Origin: Deltaproteobacteria bacterium
GTDB taxonomy: Bacteria; Myxococcota_A; UBA9160; UBA4427
DNA length: 64,000 nucleotides
Direction: 5' to 3'
Assembly: GCA_002719955.1 (NCBI GenBank)
Contig: PBFW01000053.1
Span: 48-64,047 of the forward strand
The position numbers and the translations under genes are program-made. Below are positions 39,431-48,676 of the stretch, piece by piece (position 1 is the stretch's first letter; every line of letters begins with the position of its first letter). The notes beneath the pieces were generated by a model, which had not been told where the DNA came from, searched no databases, and saw nothing but the letters and a program-made list of their open reading frames with translations.

Positions 39431-40576
39431 TTACGCCCAGAGGCTGATGATATGTCCATCGCTTGGATCGAGCGCGCCGCCCAAGACTTCCCGGCAGACT
39501 CGTTCGAGCGCTTCGGGGCCAACGTGGCGCTGGATCTTCATCCAGACGTCGCTGAATGCGGTGAATTCCTTCCAGGAGGCTCCGATCCGTTCCTGTAGAC
39601 CCCCGGCGCCCCAGTCCTGCGTCCGTTTTGCGATTCGACCGGGTGCAAAAAAGAACTCGGGTCGCGGCCCCGGCAGCTCACGCGCGCGGGGTTCGGCTTC
39701 CCAATGGGTCGCTCCGGCGGTGCAGGAATATTTGAGGTTCTCCCGCAAGCGTTCGCGAATTCCGCCGATGACTTCGCCGTTGCCCGCCATGTCGATCATG
39801 ACCGCACCCTCACTCCATACGAGGTCGGGCATCGCGTCGAGTTCGTCGTAGAGGACGACATCGTCATAGCAGCCGAGCCCCTTCACGAATTCTCGGTTTC
39901 GGCCCGAGGTCAGACCGATCACGTTTCCCTGGGCTCGGACCTTGAGCAGGTGGGCCAACGCGGTCGACGTCTTGCTCGAGGCACTCGTCACGACCGCTGT
40001 CGCGACCCCGTAGAAATTCTCGTCGGCGAGAAAATCGTCGACCAGAAACGAGGTCATGAAGAGGCTGCGCAGAAGGAGGATTTGGTCTTCGCGTTCGACC
40101 TCATAGAGCGCGTCGGGACCCACGGTGTCGGGAGCCACATAGTTGTAGCCTCGGTAGACCGGCACATGGTCCGCTCGATGGGCGGCGCCATCGACCATGT
40201 CGAGTTCGTTAGGTTGGGCATCGATCAGGAGGTGCGACTCATCGGGAAGAACCCGAAGCAGCGCGCACCGACTTCGACATCCGAGTGGTGAGAATCGATG
40301 ACGTCACCGAAGGCCATGGCCGGGATGCGTCCCCAGCGATCGGGGCGCGGGAAGAATCCCCAATAGTTCAGCAGATCGCCGGCAGCGGCATAGGGAAAAT
40401 TATTCGATGTGAGCGCGAAACGATCGACCTTGAAGAGGATCTGGCCGTCGGAGAGCGCGCTGATCGGTGCGCTCTCCGACGAAACGACAATCGTGAAAAT
40501 CGTCGCGGTTGACCTGGGAATCGATCGGGCCTTCGGCTGCGGTCGTCGTGTCAGAAATCTCCGAGCCTCAGGTCAT
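39431..40576 (-). pseudogene. DUF2855 family protein, disrupted (in-frame TGA plus two frameshifts)
   Basis: Upstream frames give VNRDDFHDCRFV / LSDGQILFKVDRFALTSNN.YA..GDLLNYWGFFP..WGRIPA..FGFFPMS / HLLID. These join the 39431..40198 ORF (TSASSKTS, GLTS, GATHW, FFFAP). Confidence 0.85.
40446..40481. repeat. Perfect 13-bp inverted repeat (hairpin) at a frameshift site
   Basis: CGTCGGAGAGCGC-gctgatcggt-GCGCTCTCCGACG. Confidence 0.85.
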
Positions 40577-40601
40577 CGAGTTCTTTCGCATCCCATCTCG
40601 A

Positions 40602-41222
40602 TCAGTTCCACAGACACGCGAGTTCTTCCGCCGTCGTCGGCGTCGTGATGCGGGCCAGGCTGTGTTCGAGCACGGCCTCCGCGTAATCCGGTGGGTAACC
40701 CGCCACGCAGTCCTTGACGAGGACGACATGGTAGCCGTGGTTGATCGCCTCGATGACGACACCCTGGATACCCACATTCAGGGAAACACCGGTCGCGACG
40801 ACCGTCTCGACACCGAGGGAGCGGAGTGTCGGGTCGAGATGGGTTCCGATGAATGGGGACATGCCATGGAGGCGGACCGAGTCGAGATCGTTCGCGTCGG
40901 GGCCGAGTTCCGGGATGACTTCGGTCGTTGCTTCGCCGAGCAGCATATGGTCCGGGTTCTTGAGGAGTTGATTCACCATCGGCACATTTGCGTAGGAGCC
41001 CCGGCGGTCGGTGCGAAAGGCCGCGCGACAGTGGACGACCGGGATTTGCGCGCTTCGTGCCGCGTCCAACAGGAGTCCGAGGCGTTTCGGGACGCCCTGT
41101 GCATCAACGACGTCGGCGAGTGCACGCAGGGCGCTGAGATCGCCGACCACGCCGCGCTGCATCTCCATGGTCAGGATGGCCGTGCGGCCGGGATTTACCA
41201 GTTCTTCGAGTTTGCTCATCAT
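40602..41222 (-). CDS. Isochorismatase/cysteine hydrolase family protein
   Basis: TAILTMEMQ, ARSAQIPVVH, SPFIGTHLDPTLRSLGVETVVATGVS, GYHVVLVKDCVA; GAGGAG RBS. Confidence 0.88.
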   Translation of the reverse strand: MMSKLEELVNPGRTAILTMEMQRGVVGDLSALRALADVVDAQGVPKRLGLLLDAARSAQIPVVHCRAAFRTDRRGSYANVPMVNQLLKNPDHMLLGEATTEVIPELGPDANDLDSVRLHGMSPFIGTHLDPTLRSLGVETVVATGVSLNVGIQGVVIEAINHGYHVVLVKDCVAGYPPDYAEAVLEHSLARITTPTTAEELACLWN

Positions 41223-41229
41223 GCGCTCC

Positions 41230-41718
41230 TCAGTTTTCGATTCGCTGCGCAGGCTCGCCCCCGGCGGGCCGCTCCCCGGTACCGGCTTCGACCCCGTCCA
41301 TCTCCACACGAATGCGCCGCAGTTTGAGATGAAGGATCCGCCATTCCCCGTCCGGATCCTTGCGGTATTTCTCTTCGTACCAGCCGAGACCCCAGAGATG
41401 CTCAAAAGGGGATCCCTGGGGCCACCAGAGCATGTCCTCCATGGCCCAGGTGCCCTCGGCCGAATCCGGTCCCGTCAGCTGGATGATCGGTGTATGCCCG
41501 TGATGGCAGGTCCTCACTTTCTCCAGGATCGGCGGGAGAAAATCTTTGAAAGTCTGGCGTCCGTGCAGGATCGGCGTGCCTTCTTCGGTCGTGTCGATCG
41601 TGACGTCTTCGCAGAAGACCTCCGCCCATTCGTCCCAGCGCTTCTGGTCCATCAACAGGAAATAGCGCGCCTTCAGCTGCTTGATCTTCTCGATCTCCAC
41701 GAGGTCGTCAGGGCTCAT
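41230..41718 (-). CDS. NTF2/SnoaL-like protein (BaiE-like)
   Basis: EIEKIKQLKARYF..DQKRW..HHGHTPII..AEGTWAMED..GWYEEKY..WRI. Confidence 0.85.
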   Translation of the reverse strand: MSPDDLVEIEKIKQLKARYFLLMDQKRWDEWAEVFCEDVTIDTTEEGTPILHGRQTFKDFLPPILEKVRTCHHGHTPIIQLTGPDSAEGTWAMEDMLWWPQGSPFEHLWGLGWYEEKYRKDPDGEWRILHLKLRRIRVEMDGVEAGTGERPAGGEPAQRIEN

Positions 41719-41989
41719 CTTCTCTCCTTTGGGTCGGATCATTCTATCCGTCCCGCGCGGGCGGGGCAGCGCGCGGGAAAGCCCGATCCAGCGTGCGCCA
41801 GGAGCGCGTCGATTCGGCGCCCCAGAGTCGTTCGGGGAAGCGCTCTCGAAGAGGAGTGGGCGCCGGGCCGGACTTGCGGTGGGGTTCCGCGGTCGGAGGG
41901 GCCGTAAGTAGTGGATATTCAGTTTCAAAATACCGCCCCGGCTACTGGAGAGGCATTGACTCGAATGTCAACTTTTTGGGTCCTTGGAT

Positions 41990-42014
41990 GAAATCGACAT
42001 TGATTTTCAATTTC
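41990..42014. promoter_or_regulatory. Fur-box-like imperfect palindrome upstream of bfd
   Basis: GAAATCGACATTGATTTTCAATTTC; a second palindrome TTGAC-N6-GTCAA lies at 41956-41971. Confidence 0.5.
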
Positions 42015-42092
42015 TCCCGCAATAGAATTCAAGCTCTTCCGGACCGGTCCTTCGCCGGGTCTGGCCGAATCGAATCGATGAGGGAAGCCCCG

Positions 42093-42329
42093 ATGCTCGT
42101 TTGTCATTGTCGCGGAATCAGCGACCGCCAGATCCGTCGCCTCGTGAAGGACGGCGCCAGTTCGACGCGTGACGTCGCGTGCGCGACCGGAGCGGGCATG
42201 CGGTGTGGCGGCTGTCGTTCGAACGTGACAAAGGTCGTGAACGAGGCTGTCGAACAGGAATTCCGGAAGGCGGGTTCCAGGGTCGCATCCGAGATGCTGC
42301 TTCCGCTTTCGATCCCCGTCGAGGGCTGA
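42093..42329 (+). CDS. bfd: Bacterioferritin-associated ferredoxin (2Fe-2S)
   Basis: MLVCHCRGISDRQIR..GAGMRCGGC. Confidence 0.85.
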   Translation: MLVCHCRGISDRQIRRLVKDGASSTRDVACATGAGMRCGGCRSNVTKVVNEAVEQEFRKAGSRVASEMLLPLSIPVEG

Positions 42330-42433
42330 ACACCTTTTCCAGAGAGTCCGCGCGGTGATGGGTTTCGCTCATTTCGCTTCGAGGCCGCACCGACCCGCTC
42401 GGGATGGGGTTCCGCTGTGGGGTCGTTCGCAGA

Positions 42434-43192
42434 TCAGGCGCGTCGGTTGCGGGGGCGATTCGTGAGTGAGGACTCGGGTCTCGAATCGGCGGTCGATTCG
42501 GATTCCTGTTCGGTCCTCCAGTGCAGCCAGGATCGCAGGCTCGAGAGTCGGCCGGGGCCGTGATGTTCTTCGAGACCGATGGCCCATTGTACGGCCTCGA
42601 TCAACAGATCGGTCGAGAGGCCGAAGACGCTTCCCTCATCCCAGCGCAGCGTCGAGTTGTAGTAGAGATCGTCGCCGATCCTGGCTTCCTCGCGTGTGAA
42701 GACGTCGGGGTCAAAGAGGGCCGACACACTTGGTGTGTGAATCGCTTCGACTTCGGCGGGGTTCGCCGTGAAGGTCGGTCGAGTATCGAGCCAGCCCACG
42801 ACGGGGACGAGAAGATGCCCCGCACCGCTCCAGGCATCGTCGAGGCGACCGAGCACCTCGACTCGATTGCGTGGAATTCCAACCTCCTCTTCGGTTTCGC
42901 GCAACGCGCCCGTGACCCAGTCTTCGCCGTCTTCGAGACGACCGCCTGGGAAGGACATCTGCCCGGGATGCCCGCGCAGGGTCGCCGCCCGTTTGGTCAG
43001 GAGCACGCGTAGATCCCGGTCCTGCCGCCAGAAACAGAGCAGCACGCTCGAGCGCTTGAAATGCTCGGGGACGTCATCGGCCGGAAATAGGAAGGGCTCG
43101 CGGGCTCCGATTCTGCGAAGGCGTGTCTCGAAACAGGCCGCATCGAAGCGATGCGGAAAAGGGTGGGGTGGATTGGGGGATTGGGAGACCAA
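42434..43192 (-). CDS. Nudix CoA pyrophosphatase (NudL-like)
   Basis: LLTKRAATLRGHPGQMSFPGG followed by Nudix box ALRETEEEVG. Confidence 0.9.
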   Translation of the reverse strand: MVSQSPNPPHPFPHRFDAACFETRLRRIGAREPFLFPADDVPEHFKRSSVLLCFWRQDRDLRVLLTKRAATLRGHPGQMSFPGGRLEDGEDWVTGALRETEEEVGIPRNRVEVLGRLDDAWSGAGHLLVPVVGWLDTRPTFTANPAEVEAIHTPSVSALFDPDVFTREEARIGDDLYYNSTLRWDEGSVFGLSTDLLIEAVQWAIGLEEHHGPGRLSSLRSWLHWRTEQESESTADSRPESSLTNRPRNRRA

Positions 43193-43275
43193 CGCTCAGT
43201 CCGCCGGGTCCCTTGGCTCCGAAGAGGACTCGTGCTTCTGCTGCGCGTCGTCGGTGTTTCTCGATCTTCGATCCA

Positions 43276-44334
43276 TCATTCGAATCCGAGGCTCTTCATG
43301 TCGACGATGTTGCGCAACGCCTCCCCGCGAAGAAAGCGCTGGAGGTTGTCGTAGAAGAGTTCGAAGACGTCGTCCATGTAGCGGTCGACGGCGACCGAGG
43401 AGTGCGCCGAGACGTAGACATTCGGAATATCCCAGAGTGGGCTGGAGGGATCGAGGGGTTCCGGGTCGAAGACATCGAGCACGGCCGCAGCCAGCGGCTC
43501 CTCGCGCATGACTCGGACGAGTTCGGTTTCGTCCACCAGCGTTCCGCGCGCGACGTTCACCAGGATCGCATGCCGTGGCATCGCTGCGAGGGCGGCCGCA
43601 TCGATCAGGTGGTGGGTTTCCGCGGTCGCCGGTGCGGCGACGATCACGGCGTCGGATTGAGCGAGCAGTTCGTGGAGTCGATCGGTCGAGAAGAGCTCGT
43701 CCACCTCCTCGGCGGAATCGCCGGGGCGTGCGCTTCGTTTCAAGCCGAGGGTGCGGCAGCCGAGCGCTCGGGCGCGAGAGGCGACGGCCTTGCCGATGCC
43801 TCCGAGCCCGACGATTCCGATCGTCGACCCAGAGAAGGTTCGGCCATAACTGCGCTCGAATCGGTGGCCCTGCTGGAACTCGTCGGCTTCGCGAAAACGC
43901 TTCCAGACCTGGAGCAGCCGGCCGATCACCCATTCGGACATCGAGCCCGCACTCACTCCAGAACAATTCGTGAGGACGACACGATCCTGTGCGACGCCCG
44001 CGGTCGAGAACTGTTCGACTCCCGCGCCCGCGCCCTGAATCCAGCGCAGGTTCGGGGCCCGCTCGGAGAGTCGATCCGGTGTGTGGAGCGTCGTCAAAAC
44101 ATGGGCTTGCGCGAGGACGGCCTCGCGCTCCGCGGCGACGGAGGTCGCCCAGGAGGGAGGCTCCGTGTGGGGATGGCCGGCGGGCTCGGTCGCCCAATCG
44201 GCTTCGGGATCGATTGGCAACACGCTTGCTTCGACTCCGCCGAGCGCTGCGAGGCGCTCGAGGTATTTTTCCTGGGCGAAAGGGGGGAAGCCCAGACAGA
44301 CCCGCATCGGGTGCCGCCCTGATTCATCACTCAT
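43276..44334 (-). CDS. D-2-hydroxyacid dehydrogenase family protein
   Basis: WIQGAGAGV, GLGGIG, NVARG, LDVFDPEPL, SAHSS. Confidence 0.9.
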   Translation of the reverse strand: MSDESGRHPMRVCLGFPPFAQEKYLERLAALGGVEASVLPIDPEADWATEPAGHPHTEPPSWATSVAAEREAVLAQAHVLTTLHTPDRLSERAPNLRWIQGAGAGVEQFSTAGVAQDRVVLTNCSGVSAGSMSEWVIGRLLQVWKRFREADEFQQGHRFERSYGRTFSGSTIGIVGLGGIGKAVASRARALGCRTLGLKRSARPGDSAEEVDELFSTDRLHELLAQSDAVIVAAPATAETHHLIDAAALAAMPRHAILVNVARGTLVDETELVRVMREEPLAAAVLDVFDPEPLDPSSPLWDIPNVYVSAHSSVAVDRYMDDVFELFYDNLQRFLRGEALRNIVDMKSLGFE

Positions 44335-44713
44335 CTTGATCCCGCTCCGCGGCTCGGTCCGTTCACAGCCTCGGGTGCCAGCCGCCAGCGCCCCGGTTGT
44401 CGTGCCAGGAAGGCGCGTGCGCTGAGTGTCGCCGCTTTTGTGGGTGAGTTCAAACGCTCTCACCCGAGCAGGGGGGAAACGAAGGGCGTGCTATTTTTCG
44501 CGCGTGCGAAGACCTGGAGCCTCTTGAGAAATCAATTGGCCCTTATCAGGGAAAGACCGGATCGACAGGCGGCGTAGATGCCGGAAAAGTGGGAGGGTGC
44601 GTGCCGGATGCTCGGGCCACGTGGGTGACGGGCCCGGGGAGCCGATCTCTTCACGATCGCGGTGGCTAGGCACGCGAGACATATTCCTTCTCGATGAAGG
44701 AAAGGGGGTGATC

Positions 44714-44878
44714 ATGGGAAAGGCCTGCGCTTGGTGCGGAACCGTATTGCAAACGATTCTGAGACCCAGCATCAGCACGATGAGCAATTCGCTCTGTCAG
44801 GGTTGTCTCGAGGAACTCCAATCCGCGCTCTCGACCAGTGGTCTGCGCGGGAGAGAAACGAAGCCTAGACTCAACTAG
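44714..44878 (+). CDS. Small CxxC-CxxC putative zinc-binding protein (54 aa)
   Basis: GGGGGTGATC RBS; CAWC..LCQGC. Confidence 0.6.
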   Translation: MGKACAWCGTVLQTILRPSISTMSNSLCQGCLEELQSALSTSGLRGRETKPRLN

Positions 44879-45024
44879 CCAGACCCCGACGAGATCGATC
44901 CGAGCCTGGAGCGTCTCGCTAGGAGCGAGCTGAGGCGCGGCACCTTTCATGGATTCCGGCGGATCCGCTTGCGCCAATCACTCTTGCGTGCGCGCGTGGC
45001 GAAAGGCGTGAGGAATAGACGCGG

Positions 45025-45894
45025 ATGAAGTTCTGGCAGTCGATCACCTGGGCCGAGACCGACCAGCTCTGCGAGGTTGCTCTTTTTGCGGACGAGCTCG
45101 GCTTCGGGGGGATCATCGGCGCCGATCACGCGCTCTATCCGAGAACGATGACGCCCAACTATCCCTACTCGGAGTCAGGCTACCCGCCCCAGACCGCCGA
45201 GAGCGAATATCCTGACATGTGGACGAGTACGGCGGCGATGGCTGCGGTGACGACGCGGCTGCGCTTCGTTTGTGGGGTCTACGTGTTGCCGCTTCGTGAT
45301 CCGATCGAGGTCGCGAAGCAGGCGGCGACCCTGTCCATCCTCTCCCAGGGGCGCTTCGTGCTGGGCGTCGGTGTTGGATGGATGAAGGAAGAGTTCGACA
45401 TCTATGGCGTCGACTTTGCCAGCCGAGGCCGGCGGATGGATGAGATGATCGCGGTCTTGCAGGGGCTGTGGAGCGGTGACTATTTCGAGTTCCACGGGGA
45501 GTTCTTCGACTTCGACCCGATCGTGGTGAGCCCGAAGCCGAGCCACCCGATTCCGATCTACTTCGGTGGAACGGCCCCCGTCGCTCTACGCCGAACGGCT
45601 CGAGTCGGGGACGGCTGGATCGGGGCCGGGAACCAGCCAGAGGATGTGCCGGGTGTGCTGGCGGAGATCGCCCGGCTGCGTGTGGAAGCGGGGCGTAGTG
45701 ATCAGCCCTTCGATTCGTTGGTCGGGGTCTATGCGGATCCCGATGTCGATCTCTTTCGCAGACTGGAGGACGAGGGAATGACGTCGGGGATTCATCTGCC
45801 CTTCTGGTTTGCCTTCGACGGTCCGTCGACCCTCGATCAGAAGAAGGCGCTGATGGAACGATTTGCCGAGGATATTCTTCGGCATTTCAACTGA
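45025..45894 (+). CDS. LLM class F420-dependent oxidoreductase (TIGR03619-like)
   Basis: ADHALYP, VYVLPLRDPIEVAKQ, GVGVGWMKEEF, GDGW. Confidence 0.9.
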   Translation: MKFWQSITWAETDQLCEVALFADELGFGGIIGADHALYPRTMTPNYPYSESGYPPQTAESEYPDMWTSTAAMAAVTTRLRFVCGVYVLPLRDPIEVAKQAATLSILSQGRFVLGVGVGWMKEEFDIYGVDFASRGRRMDEMIAVLQGLWSGDYFEFHGEFFDFDPIVVSPKPSHPIPIYFGGTAPVALRRTARVGDGWIGAGNQPEDVPGVLAEIARLRVEAGRSDQPFDSLVGVYADPDVDLFRRLEDEGMTSGIHLPFWFAFDGPSTLDQKKALMERFAEDILRHFN

Positions 45895-46060
45895 GATCCG
45901 ATCGGATTCCCACTCGCGGCGTTCCGACCGAAAGGGAGCGATCGGCTTCGTCGGTGTTCGCGAATGCGATTTTCATGACGGGCTTCTCTAAGTCAGCTCA
46001 AGGCTGTCAAAGACCGTCGCCTGTGGACGTGTTGCGAAGGGCAGGAGACATCGCAGCCGA

Positions 46061-47551
46061 TCAGTCTGCCGCCGCCACGCTCCTTCCGGCCATTCGGCCA
46101 AAAAAACTGCTTCCGCCAATAGAGAGGCCGCTCGCATAATGGCTACCCGACCGGGTGAGGCCCGCCGACGTGCGGCCCGCGGCGTAGAGACCCTCGACGA
46201 TTTGTCCATCGACTGTCAGCACTTCACCCGTAGGCCTCGTGTCGAGTCCACCCAATGTGAATGCGGCCCACACGCTATTGCCAACGGAGAGGTCGAGTGC
46301 GGCAAAGGGTGGGTGATCAAGCGGCGTGACGTATTTCTTTGCCTTGTGAAAGACGGGATCGACACCCTCTGCGGCGAAGCGGTTATAGGACGCGAATGTG
46401 TGGACGAGTTGTCCTTCGGACATGCCGAGAGATTTTTCCAGATCTTCGATCGTCTCTTCGACCGCGACGATCTTGTAGCCGCCCATTGATTGTCCATAGG
46501 TATCGTCGTCGACGATCAAGAAAGCCGTTCCACCCGCCTTCTTCTTGATCGCGTCGGTCACGCGGCCGTGATAGCAGTCTTCGTTGATGAAACGCTGGCC
46601 ATGTTTGTTGACGACCAACCCCTTGATGTGGCCGACGGGCGGGAAGAAGGGTGTCGTCATGAGTCCCTCGCTCATGTTGATCGCGGCACCGCCGACACCC
46701 ATTCCCATCCGAATTCCGCTGCCGTCACATCCGTCGCTTCCGATCGGGTAATTGCAGTCCGCGAGATCTGGTGCGAATTGCTCGACCATTGGGCGATTCA
46801 TGATGAAGCCGCCCGTCGTGAGGACCACACCTCGTCGCGCACGAATCGCGACGTCTTCGTCCTCGACTCTGGCGATCACACCAACGATGCGCCCCGTATC
46901 GCTTCTGATCAGTGTCTGCACGCGGGACTCGTTCTGGATCGTGCCACCCAGCGCGCCGAAGGTAGTGATCATCTTCTCGATGATATGGCCCCCCGCACTG
47001 CCTTCCTTCTTGGGTTTGTGGCCGCGGGGAACGGGGGTCGCTTCTTCGGAGAATGGATAGGCCTGCTCGTTGCCGGAGTAGATCAGGCAATCGTCTGTGG
47101 GGGGGAAGATGACTTTCTCATCGTAGTAGGTGTCCTTGAACTCGATGCCGAGGCTCTCGAAGAATGCGAAATGTTCGAGGCTATTCTCGCAATAGAGCCG
47201 GACCTTTTCGGGATCGGCGGTCGGGCCTGCTGCCCCCTTCATGTGGGCGTGCATGTTCTCCAGCGTGTCCTCGAAGCCCGCAGCCTTCTGGACGCGCGTG
47301 CCCCCACCGAAATAGATCGTTCCTTCGGACAGGGCCGTCGCGCCACCGCCGCGCGTCGCGCGCTCGAGGATCAGCGTCGAGGCGCCTGCGCGCACCGCCT
47401 CGATGGCGGCTGCACCGCCCGCAACGCCGAATCCGACGACGACCACGTCGAACTCTCCCCACCAGGAGTCGATCGAAGCGAGCGAGCGAGGCTCGGAGGG
47501 GAGCGGGTCGTGATTGGAGGAAGTGGGGCTCTCGGGCATGGGGTCGTCCAT
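46061..47551 (-). CDS. FAD-dependent oxidoreductase, 3-ketosteroid dehydrogenase-like
   Basis: VVVVGFGVAG, GGATALSEG..YFGGGT, GQRFINEDCYHGR, FTLGGL, GLYAAGR, YASGLS. Confidence 0.85.
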   Translation of the reverse strand: MDDPMPESPTSSNHDPLPSEPRSLASIDSWWGEFDVVVVGFGVAGGAAAIEAVRAGASTLILERATRGGGATALSEGTIYFGGGTRVQKAAGFEDTLENMHAHMKGAAGPTADPEKVRLYCENSLEHFAFFESLGIEFKDTYYDEKVIFPPTDDCLIYSGNEQAYPFSEEATPVPRGHKPKKEGSAGGHIIEKMITTFGALGGTIQNESRVQTLIRSDTGRIVGVIARVEDEDVAIRARRGVVLTTGGFIMNRPMVEQFAPDLADCNYPIGSDGCDGSGIRMGMGVGGAAINMSEGLMTTPFFPPVGHIKGLVVNKHGQRFINEDCYHGRVTDAIKKKAGGTAFLIVDDDTYGQSMGGYKIVAVEETIEDLEKSLGMSEGQLVHTFASYNRFAAEGVDPVFHKAKKYVTPLDHPPFAALDLSVGNSVWAAFTLGGLDTRPTGEVLTVDGQIVEGLYAAGRTSAGLTRSGSHYASGLSIGGSSFFGRMAGRSVAAAD

Positions 47552-47703
47552 TGCAGGTTTGCTCGGGAGCGCCGTAGCGTAGCGGCTCGAAACCTCCGTT
47601 TCAGACGACGTCCCGATGCGCCCGCCATCCGATCCTGCGCGCGCATGGCCGGTCGCTGAGAGGATCTCGTCGCGCGGGATCGTTTGGAGGCCCCCCCTCG
47701 TCT

Positions 47704-47722
47704 AATGGTATAAAGTACCATT
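47704..47722. promoter_or_regulatory. Perfect AT-rich palindrome, candidate operator
   Basis: AATGGTA-taaag-TACCATT in the divergent intergenic region. Confidence 0.6.
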
Positions 47723-47826
47723 TACAAATGGACGATTCGATCGACGATGCCTCGATTGGGCGGGCGGCCCCGATTGGCCGTGCCGCGGAGCCGGCCTCAT
47801 CCCCGCGAAAGGAGTTTCGGATTTCG

Positions 47827-48627
47827 ATGCGCCCCCGCCCCAAGCCTGCTCGATTCCAGTCCCTCGGTGTGGCACTCGTCGTGGGGTGGGTGTGCGCCTC
47901 GTTGGTTCGAGCGGAGGAGCGGCAAGAAATCCCGCCGAGTTTCTGGGACTCGGTCTTCTGGACCTATACCGCCGGCTTCGATTTCAGCCGGGGCGATTAC
48001 GGTCTGGCTCGGAATTCGACCCTCTTCTACATGCCGCTCGGCGTGATCGCCGACTACGATCGTTTTCGAGTGCAGGCCGTCGTCCCCTTCATCGTGAGCG
48101 ATGGGCCGACGTCGGTTCTATTGGATATGGCTCCCATGCCTCTCGAGTCGGAAACGAACTCGGGTGTCGGAGAAATGTTGGTCTCGGCCAGTTATGTCCT
48201 GGATCCCTTTGCCTCGGGGCTTCCGCTGGTCGAATTGGGAGTGCAGCTGACGGTGCCCACGCGATCGAAGAACGAACTCGGTACCGGTGGCTGGGGATTC
48301 GCGACACGCATCGACTGCTTCCGGGAATGGGGGCCGGTCACCCCCTTCACGTCGTTTGGGCGAAAATTTTATACGAGTGATTCTCTCGACGACCGCTTCT
48401 TTGCGTCGGTGGGGGCGAGCGTCGAGCTCACGGATCTCGTGGCGGCGGGTGTCTCCTACGACTGGCTCGAGGAGACTTCCGGTGCGACACCCGATGCGCA
48501 CGAGATCGTCCCCTTTCTTGTTCTCGCAGGGTCGAAGCGGTGGTCGTTTGGACCCTATGGCGTCATTGGTCTTTCGGACGCGTCGCCAGATTATGGCGTC
48601 GGTCTGAGCGTGAGCTTTGCACCATGA
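47827..48627 (+). CDS. Putative outer-membrane beta-barrel protein (MetA-pathway/transporter-like)
   Basis: Signal peptide ending in VRA; amphipathic strands TAGFDFSRGDYG, SGVGE, PT..ELGTG, PDYGVGLSVSF. Confidence 0.65.
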   Translation: MRPRPKPARFQSLGVALVVGWVCASLVRAEERQEIPPSFWDSVFWTYTAGFDFSRGDYGLARNSTLFYMPLGVIADYDRFRVQAVVPFIVSDGPTSVLLDMAPMPLESETNSGVGEMLVSASYVLDPFASGLPLVELGVQLTVPTRSKNELGTGGWGFATRIDCFREWGPVTPFTSFGRKFYTSDSLDDRFFASVGASVELTDLVAAGVSYDWLEETSGATPDAHEIVPFLVLAGSKRWSFGPYGVIGLSDASPDYGVGLSVSFAP

Positions 48628-48676
48628 TGAGATGGAAGAGTCGGCACTTGTTGCTCGCGCTGAAAGGAAGGGTCCG

